Of a stretch of 32,000 nucleotides of DNA, positions 17,545 through 25,184 are shown piece after piece; the stretch's first letter is position 1, and every line of letters starts with the position of its first letter. The notes under the pieces were generated by a model. The model made no database searches. It saw only the letters and a list, made by a program, of their open reading frames with translations, and had not been told where the DNA came from. A program made the position numbers and the translations under genes. Source of the stretch: Marinicellulosiphila megalodicopiae (GTDB taxonomy: Bacteria > Pseudomonadota > Gammaproteobacteria > Pseudomonadales > Natronospirillaceae); contig NZ_AP023087.1 in assembly GCF_045862395.1 (NCBI RefSeq), positions 4,282,450-4,314,449 on the forward strand, read 5' to 3'.

Positions 17545-19692
17545 TTATAATGTTTTCAAATATTCAATTAAATCCCAGCGCTCTTTTTCAGATAACGCAG
17601 GTAATACTTCACCATTGTTTTGAGCAGTTTTTCCAGCACCGTATTCGTGCCCTGTGTTCATGTCACCAACACGAGTGGTAATAAATGCACTGCCATCATA
17701 ATCTTTTGATTTAAATCCAACTCGATTAGCGTCAAACTCACGACTGCCAACTACAAATTCATCTGGTCGATATTCACCCTCAGCAGGATCAGTGTCTAGT
17801 TTTTTAGGTAATAATAAATCGTATAAAGTTGGAACCGAACCATTATGTAGATAAGGAGCAGTAGCCCAAATTCCATTTAAGGCACGACCTTTATAAGCCA
17901 ATAATGAACTGTATGGGTTAGAAGTTGTATCAGCAACATAATTACCTTTTTTAACGGTTTCTGGCATTTTATTTTCAAAAAATGAAGACCCCAAAACATA
18001 CAAACGATCTAACCAACGACGTATAAAGAACTTATCAGGGTCGGGTGTTGCAATCACTCCTTTTGTTGCAGAAGTTAATATTTGCAATACAGGTGCGTCC
18101 TCACTAATAAATACATCACCAACTCCTGTTATAGATTGAACAGTGTGCTGAAAATTACCAGATTTACCTGTTGCCATCACACCATTTATAGCAGCTGCTT
18201 TATCAGTACCGACTAAGTTTATATCCATCATATTTGCGATGATGATTCTGTCCGCATTATTTCGATCGACCACTTCGTGACATGATTGACAGTATTGAGC
18301 ATAAACTAGCTGTCCACGTTCTGCTTTAACTTGATCGATTTCACCTAATATTTCTTGTGGCCAAACTGGTGACTGCAAGCGTTTAAGTTGAGCTTCTAAA
18401 CGGCGTAAATTTGTGACATCGATTGAAGATTTAAAATTAACTACTTCGTTTTTATTTTTTTGATCGGTTATTAAAGTAGATAATTCAAATCCATTAGGCT
18501 CATGTGATGTCCAATCTAAAATGCCAAACACACCAATCACTTCTCCGGTATTACGACCAAGCGGCCCAACACCTGCATTATTTGCTACACCATTCCACTG
18601 AGTATAATCTGCCTGTCCTATATCCCATAAAAATGGATAGCTCACTGGAGCATTTGGTTCATTAAAAATACTATTACGTACTCGTAATAAATCACGTTGA
18701 TTTAAACCTGGGTATCCTGGTTCTGTAGATGCTAATCGATCAAGTACCAATCCAAACTGTTTATCCACAATAATATTTTCATTTACGCCTTCAAGTACTA
18801 AATCGATTTGATCACGAGTTAAAACTCTACGACGTTCGCCGTTAGTTCCTGGTGCCGTGACCATTTCCATGGTATTGGCCAACTGCTGTTTGTTAATCAT
18901 ATGCTGTAATACACGGTTATAAATTCGTCCAAATGCATCTAGGCGACCATAACCATAATCGATATGACTGTGGTTTACTGTATTGTATAAACTGATTGTT
19001 TTTAGCCATTGCTCAGTTGACTCAATAACTTTAGCTTCTTTTTTAAAGTCATTATTACGTGCTAAAACAGTTTCAACATAACGTGTTTTTTTAGCTTCAT
19101 CTGCTAACGTGGCACGCATTGATTTTTCAATTGCAGTTAAAAAGCCAACCATATCGGCCATTGCTGGACCGCCATCAATACGAATTGCCGATGTGATACC
19201 ATCTTTTGTGAAATTAACTTGGTTAGTATGACAAGCAGCACAGGTGTAACCGATGTAGTCATTTCCCTGATATGTATCTTTAACTAAACCTACTGGTAAA
19301 CCATCTGGGTTTAAGAATGTTTCTTTTTGCGGTAAATACCGATACTTATCAATATTGTGGTTGTCACGTAACAATTTATTTGAATTTTCTTGCTCTAATG
19401 ACATAAATAAATCATATGGCATTAATGCTGAACCTTGAGTGGTATTATAAAACCAAAGGCTTTCTGCTTCTGTCCAACCTTGATCTAAATATACAGGGGT
19501 TGTAAAACTTTCCCCAAATTCACCATTTTCAAGTGCAATTGCACCTCGGTCGGGATCATCATCCCAGTTTTGGTAGGTTTTACCTGCAATTAATGCGATC
19601 ACCATTAATAAAATAATGACACCAACAATGCGCCCTGAGTATTTCAATAGGTAAAAAATTGCTGCGAAAATGGATTGGAAAAATGTAGCCAT
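17545..19692 (-). CDS. Di-heme cytochrome c peroxidase-like protein (715 aa, divergent member of the same family)
   Basis: YTCAACHTNQV, YCQSCHEV and GIWATAPYLHNGSVPTLYDLL. It has an N-terminal TM region (VGVIILLMVIALIAG) and ends EYLKTL like the other two. Confidence 0.8.
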   Translation of the reverse strand: MATFFQSIFAAIFYLLKYSGRIVGVIILLMVIALIAGKTYQNWDDDPDRGAIALENGEFGESFTTPVYLDQGWTEAESLWFYNTTQGSALMPYDLFMSLEQENSNKLLRDNHNIDKYRYLPQKETFLNPDGLPVGLVKDTYQGNDYIGYTCAACHTNQVNFTKDGITSAIRIDGGPAMADMVGFLTAIEKSMRATLADEAKKTRYVETVLARNNDFKKEAKVIESTEQWLKTISLYNTVNHSHIDYGYGRLDAFGRIYNRVLQHMINKQQLANTMEMVTAPGTNGERRRVLTRDQIDLVLEGVNENIIVDKQFGLVLDRLASTEPGYPGLNQRDLLRVRNSIFNEPNAPVSYPFLWDIGQADYTQWNGVANNAGVGPLGRNTGEVIGVFGILDWTSHEPNGFELSTLITDQKNKNEVVNFKSSIDVTNLRRLEAQLKRLQSPVWPQEILGEIDQVKAERGQLVYAQYCQSCHEVVDRNNADRIIIANMMDINLVGTDKAAAINGVMATGKSGNFQHTVQSITGVGDVFISEDAPVLQILTSATKGVIATPDPDKFFIRRWLDRLYVLGSSFFENKMPETVKKGNYVADTTSNPYSSLLAYKGRALNGIWATAPYLHNGSVPTLYDLLLPKKLDTDPAEGEYRPDEFVVGSREFDANRVGFKSKDYDGSAFITTRVGDMNTGHEYGAGKTAQNNGEVLPALSEKERWDLIEYLKTL

Positions 19693-20373
19693 ATCAATAT
19701 CCCTGTCATGCTTACCTGCACGAATTTATTGTTATTGTTTTAAGAAAGTCACTAGGTCTCGGACTTTGTTTGCGGTTCTACTGGCACCAGCGCTTTACTT
19801 TTACCAAGCAGATTAATAAATATACAAGCCGTATAATTATTTAGCTAAAATAACCGATTAGGCTTCTGAAATCTAGCACTTTTTGAATGGCGTTAAATAG
19901 AAAGGGGGATACTTAAAATCATTAATAAACTCAATCTATTCAGCTCAAATGTTGATCAAATATAAAGCATATAACAATTTAGTTACTTCATAGTTTTAAG
20001 ATCATATAATTTATCAACCACTGTAATCACCCGCATTAAATCATCCGTTTTAAACTCTATATATAGATAAGTATCCACATATCGTAATGTTTTGAAATTA
20101 ATTCCATTACTCACTCTACTTTGATAGTAATCAAATAACAGGATAACAGGCCTTTATTTTTAAATTTCATTCATGTGTAAACTTCAATTATTTCTAAATT
20201 TTCATTACCTATCCAAAAAAATATATGCAATTAATACATTCTCCTAATATCTTAAAATGCTTGATTGAGCTAAAAGATACAAAACTTTATTAGAATAAAG
20301 TGCATTAAATGATTGTTTCATATTAGAACCACAACTAACTAAATTCAAAAAAGCTCAATTGTGGATATCTGTT

Positions 20374-20606
20374 TTTACAAACATACAAATAAAAGTGACC
20401 AACAAAATATTCAACATCGGACGCGACGGATTTGATGCAGGTCAAGATGCGTTTTCTTTTGGTATTAGTGCAAAACAATATGTGTCGATGGCACTTGTTT
20501 AAAAGCAACAACTACTCGTGATTTGACGGACATAGTTGGATTAGGTTGTTTGATTAAACTGGAAGGTGGCGGACGCAATGTTCGGTATCAGTTAAGTTTG
20601 GATTAG
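20374..20606 (+). pseudogene. C-terminal fragment of a Fic-family-type protein (winged-helix tail), frameshifted
   Basis: Hand translation gives ...NIQIKVTNKIFNIGRDGFDAGQDAFSFGISAKQYVSMALV* (stop at 20500-20502). In another frame it continues KATTTRDLTDIVGLGCLIKLEGGGRNVRYQLSLD*. This xxTAxRDLxxLxxxGxLxxxGxGRxxxY pattern is typical of Fic protein C-termini. There is no start codon and no Fic core. Confidence 0.5.
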
Positions 20607-21034
20607 GTTTGATTTGGTTTAGTGGATTTGATTTAGTAAATAAAGTTTTATTAGAAAAGTATTGTGAAGCAAGCGATTTGACCTAGAATCGAATCTCTTT
20701 TTTGTAGGTCGTATGCTTTCACACAGGGATGTGTGCAAGGGGCGTGAGCATGCTTAAAGGGATTTAAGTAGTAGAGCAATGTCTGGAACTAATTGCCGAG
20801 AACGCGGTAGCTTTGCTGCGAAAAACTAATCAGGGTTTTTGAGTGTCCATACCACACTAGTGACCCAAGCCCGAGCAGGTTTGTTTTGCGGATTTTAGAT
20901 GACAGATGGGCGCGCGACCCTTTGGCTCTTAATTATATAATGTATAATGGCGTTTATGAAAACAGCTAACTTATATTTTTATGTAATATGTTTTAAATGC
21001 ATATTGCATTACCACACCAAAATAAGAATTAATA

Positions 21035-21711
21035 ATGAGTAAGAAAAAAGATAAAAACGCCCGAAAAAAATAGTTCAAAAAAAAGCACTAAAACAAAAAA
21101 ATAAATCCATTTCGTTTCAAGCAAGTCAGGCTGTAAAAGAGAAAACAGCCGTTGAAAAATTAAATTACCGCATCACCGAGGATCCATTTTCAGTATCAAC
21201 GAAACAAACACTACCCGAAGAAATAGAAAAAAGGAAACAATATCTTTTTGATAACTTAGAAGAGCGCCCAGAAGATTTAATAGAAGAGCTCGAACTTTTA
21301 GTGACTCAATATCCTCAAAATAATATCCTCTCGAACTTTCTTTCTAATGCCTATCTATTAACTAAACAAATGGAAAAACATGAAGCATTATCAGAAAAGA
21401 CTTTTTCAGAGTGTCCAGAATACCTATATGGACGTGTTCATTGGGCAAAAATATTAATGGATCGCAACGATTACAAACAAGCCAATGAAGTATTTAACAA
21501 TACATGGGATTTAAAGAAACTGTACCCACAACGTAAAGTATTTCACATAACAGAGGTACTAGCATTTTATAGTACAGCTATTACCTACCATGAAAATATG
21601 CAAGAAGAGAGTGAATTTTTATTTGCCTTTGATGTATTAAGAGAGCTTGATGTTGAAGAAGATATATTATTACAATATTCCCCATCAGTTATGAAATGGC
21701 GTTTTCTTTGA
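21035..21711 (+). pseudogene. Hypothetical helical-repeat protein interrupted by a frameshift at an A7 tract (intact 3' ORF is 21301..21711)
   Basis: ATG 21035 reads MSKKKDKNARKK then TAG (21071-21073). The frame that contains the track ORF is open from 21055 and reads ...PKKIVQKKALKQKNKSISFQ... An A8 run instead of A7 (21064-21070) would fuse the two into one ORF of about 225 aa. Confidence 0.45.
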
Positions 21712-21846
21712 TGTGTGTTTAGTCGATAAATAGAAGGCTTTTATCTTTAAAGGGTCGGTTGTTTCGTAATACTTTTTGAGTGTCTATGTCAAAATAAAGG
21801 CCTGACCCCAAGGACTCCAGCACAGTCAGCTATTATATTTAACTTA

Positions 21847-22089
21847 AAACCAAGAAAAATTAGTTTCAAACATTGCCTGCAAGTATGGCTGTCATATACA
21901 CAATCAAATCGGCAGCCTGATGATCATATATTTAAATTAATATCAAAACGGCAAGTAGGTAATCGACCCGGAAGAATAGAGCCAAGAGCGATTAAACGAA
22001 GGCCAAAACCTTATAAATTATTGACCGTTACACGCGAAGTTGCAAGAGAGGATATTAGAAGAAATGGCCACCCAAAGAAACAGAAATAG
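21847..22089 (+). pseudogene. IS4-family-type DDE transposase, C-terminal fragment only
   Basis: The open frame has no start codon: ...KISFKHCLQVWLSYTQSNRQPDDHIFKLISKRQVGNRPGRIEPRAIKRRPKPYKLLTVTREVAREDIRRNGHPKKQK*. The VGNRPGRxEPRAxKRRPKxY tail is what I recall from IS4-group transposases. Confidence 0.55.
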
Positions 22090-22188
22090 TACTTTATTAA
22101 AAGACTTTATCTCTTAACTTAGTGCCATTCAACTCTGACCCTCTTGATTTTTTTACTCATTCATAGCGAAATATCAGAATTCAATAGT

Positions 22189-23907
22189 TTATCCAAACGC
22201 TTCACCAAATAACCAATTAATAGGGTCTTTATCATACAACTCTAATATTACATTATTTTGAATGTATTGTTTTTCTTCTTTATTTAAAATATTTAATTTA
22301 TTGTCTTTGTCAAGAATCTCATCCAATGTGGATTGCCCCAAATTCACAAAATATTGTAATTCACTGCTTTTTATAATTTCAATAATAACTTTAAATATCA
22401 TTGATTTTTGTCTAGGGTCCATCTCGGAAAAAATACAACCATCATGTGCAATAAAACTTAGTAAGCTGGGATTTAATTGATAAAGAAGTAGATCGTAGCA
22501 GAAAATTTTAACCTCATTAATCCCTTGTGATCCATCTCGTGGAATTTGAGCATCAATATTAAACAAATATTTTGCGTCGTTGGTTTCACTTATCTCTAAT
22601 GAACCTCCGTGGTTTAAATAAAACTTCTTAACCAGTGCCCTGAACATATTCTCAATTGTCTCAAGAAAAATTTTAGAATCAACTAGATATTTTACAGCTT
22701 CAGCTTTTATATTTGCATTTTCCAAATCATATTGGCTTTTATCTTCTTTAAAACTTTGTAAAATCTGGCGATATTTATCCAACTCGCCAATTTCACTTTC
22801 AAAACTTCTTATTCTTTCGTTAATTGAGTTGTATTCTTCTAGCGCCCCTTTTGAATCTAGATCTTTTAAAATAGAATCTCTAATTCGCTCATTGTCTTTT
22901 AAATTAACATTCAAAGTATTCAATTGATCTTCTAATTCTAGTATTTCAGAATTAATTCTACTAGCTCTATTTTTTAATAAATTTTTATGGAAATCTGTAG
23001 CCTGATCTAATCGAATAGAGATTTTATCCCCAAAGAAAAACGATGCTTCTTCATAAATCTTCTTCACTTTTACAAGATCTATTTCTTTTACCCCCGCTTC
23101 ATCAAGGCTTTGTTTTTTCCGCCCCATACTTTTAATTACTTCATATATTTCATTTCTAATTTTGTTTATAATTTCAGTTTTAGCGTCAGCTTCTCTTTTA
23201 TATTTATCATAATTTTCAGCTATCACAAAATCTTGTTTATTCTTAATTAAAGTCTTTAACTCATCCTTTAAGTCATTTATATTACTCTCCCCTAACAAGC
23301 TTTCATAATTTTCTATAACACTTTTAGCTTTTTTTAACTTATTTAATTTTTCTTTTACAATTGATTTCTTAGTTACTAGATTAGTATTAATGCCTAGTAA
23401 TGCTAAGTTGGTATACATTTGATGATAATCTTGCTCTGGTCTACCTTGCTGGGCAATTATACTAGAATAGTAAGTCCCGCCATATCGCCTAGCAAATACA
23501 TTTAATATCTGCTTAAAGCTAACACCATTATAAAGCTCATTTTTAATGAATATTTTTTTAAGTTCAGATGGGTAATTTGATTTAACTATTTTTTCACCGT
23601 TTAAAATATGGTGTGATTGGCCGAAGTCTTTTTCAACCTTATAAGGCTTACCTTCATGCTCAAATTCTAAATAAAAAACACCATAACCAGAAAGGAAATT
23701 TTGAATTTTTTTCTCTGTAGGTTTCGTTGGGTCAAGATACGAGCCAAGCATTAAATGAATTAAGTTAAGTGAAAAACTTTTCCCTACTCCATTATATGTT
23801 TTTTTATCGGCACTCGTAAGTTGCAATCCTGCCAATATATTAAGTCCGCTTTCAAATTTTAACGTCTTAAATTTAGAATTATTAGAACTTAATTTTAATA
23901 ATTTCAT
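22189..23907 (-). CDS. Coiled-coil ABC/SMC-like ATPase (DUF2326/YydD-like); ATPase component of an ABC-3C-type system
   Basis: Walker A is TYNGVGKSFSL. A charged, heptad-rich insert of about 200 aa follows. The C-terminus has signature-like GSQGINEVKIF, Walker B-like LLSFIAHD, and DPRQ. It overlaps the upstream gene by 26 nt. Confidence 0.8.
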   Translation of the reverse strand: MKLLKLSSNNSKFKTLKFESGLNILAGLQLTSADKKTYNGVGKSFSLNLIHLMLGSYLDPTKPTEKKIQNFLSGYGVFYLEFEHEGKPYKVEKDFGQSHHILNGEKIVKSNYPSELKKIFIKNELYNGVSFKQILNVFARRYGGTYYSSIIAQQGRPEQDYHQMYTNLALLGINTNLVTKKSIVKEKLNKLKKAKSVIENYESLLGESNINDLKDELKTLIKNKQDFVIAENYDKYKREADAKTEIINKIRNEIYEVIKSMGRKKQSLDEAGVKEIDLVKVKKIYEEASFFFGDKISIRLDQATDFHKNLLKNRASRINSEILELEDQLNTLNVNLKDNERIRDSILKDLDSKGALEEYNSINERIRSFESEIGELDKYRQILQSFKEDKSQYDLENANIKAEAVKYLVDSKIFLETIENMFRALVKKFYLNHGGSLEISETNDAKYLFNIDAQIPRDGSQGINEVKIFCYDLLLYQLNPSLLSFIAHDGCIFSEMDPRQKSMIFKVIIEIIKSSELQYFVNLGQSTLDEILDKDNKLNILNKEEKQYIQNNVILELYDKDPINWLFGEAFG

Positions 23908-24115
23908 CTTGCACCTCCAATTTACCGATTATGTACAAATAATTTATACAATGTATTATTGTTTCAATGCTTATCTTTTTTGGGTAAGTTTTTAATAGCT
24001 CTGAATGAATACAATCAACAGTGAAATCTTTATGCTTTGCCAAATCTATAATGTATGAAGAAATACAAAATAAAGAATCTATTGGCTGTATGGATTTATT
24101 TGGAAGTATCATCAA
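23882..24115 (-). CDS. Small middle-component protein of the three-gene system
   Basis: 77-aa ORF whose ends overlap both neighbours (20 nt and 26 nt). Its size and position match the ABC-3C middle component. I recognise no motif. Confidence 0.6.
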   Translation of the reverse strand: MMILPNKSIQPIDSLFCISSYIIDLAKHKDFTVDCIHSELLKTYPKKISIETIIHCINYLYIIGKLEVQDEIIKIKF

Positions 24116-25109
24116 TTTTCACTCCCACTTCGCATATTTCAAAAAAATATGATATTAATATCCAAGAGATAATCATGCTATTAAAGTCTTTTACGTCCAT
24201 TAGGCTTTCAAGAGCGTTATTAAGTCTAATTATTATTTTATTGAAGTCTAAATTATACTCAGAAGCTTTGACGTGTAATTGCGTTACGCTAATTCTATTT
24301 AAAATACTTTTAGCCTCTTTACTGCTGAGCATTTCCACTAATATATTTTTATATAAATCTCCAATTACAAATTCTTGTAAATCGCTAGCTAAGTTGCCGT
24401 CATCAATCCCTTTTATAATAGTGGTATAATCTAAGCTTTTTTTAATTTCAAACGAAATTCTCTCATTTAATTTGTTTAGCTTAATTTTAGGATCAACTTC
24501 TATTGAGTTAAAGTCTTCATCATATGATGGTTGCGGTAAGTTATTTTTTGCTTTTAAAAGCTTTTTATATGTTAGGTTTAACACTATATGGTCAGTGTAT
24601 TTATCAGATTTATTCCTGAAGTATAATTCGCATAAATTTACCAGTCTATTTGTTTCTAAATTTTCTATAGATTTTATTAAATCACTCGAGTCATTTAATA
24701 TACTAATTAAATCTAGTTTATAAACTTCAAGTATAGAGTCTATTGTCTCTTTTTTTGGTCTGGATTTTTCTAATAAATAGTATATTGAAATATTATAGTC
24801 TTTATATTTTTTATCAGATAATGCCTTAAGAGAGTGAAGTATTTTTTCTTTAGACCTAGTCGTTGTGACTTGAATAAGCTCTTTTTTGGTAGTATCTATT
24901 AAGTCAATATATGGGGCATTATTGCACCCAAAATTTGCATTTTCGAACTTCCTGTCAAAAACCAAATTAAAAACATCTCTAAAATAATTTTCACCATGAA
25001 TATTTAAGCACTGATCATTTACAAATTGATGATGCTCAATATCTAGCCTAGTAATAGCCAGAATCCTGCTGATTGTATTAAAGGCCTCAATTCTATCCTG
25101 CACCATCAT
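24096..25109 (-). CDS. SMEK-like N-terminal domain protein with a helical C-terminal domain; putative effector component
   Basis: The N-terminal pattern LNIHGENYFRDVFNLVF...NNAPYIDLID...KELIQVTTTRS matches my recollection of the SMEK domain consensus (INIHAENFYRDLLN...AIDL.D....IAIQVTS). It is first in the operon. Confidence 0.65.
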   Translation of the reverse strand: MMVQDRIEAFNTISRILAITRLDIEHHQFVNDQCLNIHGENYFRDVFNLVFDRKFENANFGCNNAPYIDLIDTTKKELIQVTTTRSKEKILHSLKALSDKKYKDYNISIYYLLEKSRPKKETIDSILEVYKLDLISILNDSSDLIKSIENLETNRLVNLCELYFRNKSDKYTDHIVLNLTYKKLLKAKNNLPQPSYDEDFNSIEVDPKIKLNKLNERISFEIKKSLDYTTIIKGIDDGNLASDLQEFVIGDLYKNILVEMLSSKEAKSILNRISVTQLHVKASEYNLDFNKIIIRLNNALESLMDVKDFNSMIISWILISYFFEICEVGVKIDDTSK

Positions 25110-25138
25110 TTAATCACTCTTTCATTTTTATGGTTTCT

Positions 25139-25171
25139 AAATTAAAGCCATTTTAAAAACAGCTTTAATTT
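25139..25171 (-). terminator. Weak hairpin downstream of ilvD
   Basis: 10-bp perfect but AT-rich stem AAATTAAAGC / GCTTTAATTT with a 13-nt loop. No clean T-run follows on the minus strand. Confidence 0.3.
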
Positions 25172-25184
25172 AACTGTAAAGCTA

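Noticed and set aside
12887-19692. Plus-strand ORFs inside the di-heme and P450 genes (12887..13069, 13597..13785, 14345..14545, 14905..15120, 15549..15761, 17299..17523)
   Set aside because: They are short antisense shadows of long, motif-supported minus-strand genes.
19983-20114. A minus-strand mini-ORF (GTG start) ending ...LRYVDTYLYIEFKTDDLMRVITVVDKLYDLKTMK*
   Set aside because: It looks protein-like but is only about 43 codons long, has no ATG and matches no family I recognise. It may be another gene remnant in the island, but it is not supportable as a feature.
20640-21030. A possible structured RNA or further gene fragment (local hairpins such as CACACA-ggga-TGTGTG, relatively GC-rich)
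   Set aside because: I could not match it to any RNA family (tRNA, tmRNA, group II intron domain V) or to a recognisable protein fragment in any frame. It is left unannotated.
22262-24723. Plus-strand ORFs antisense to the three-gene system (22262..22480, 24055..24429, 24472..24723)
   Set aside because: They are low-complexity I/L/F/S-rich translations, typical of the antisense strand of AT-rich genes. The minus-strand genes carry the recognisable motifs.
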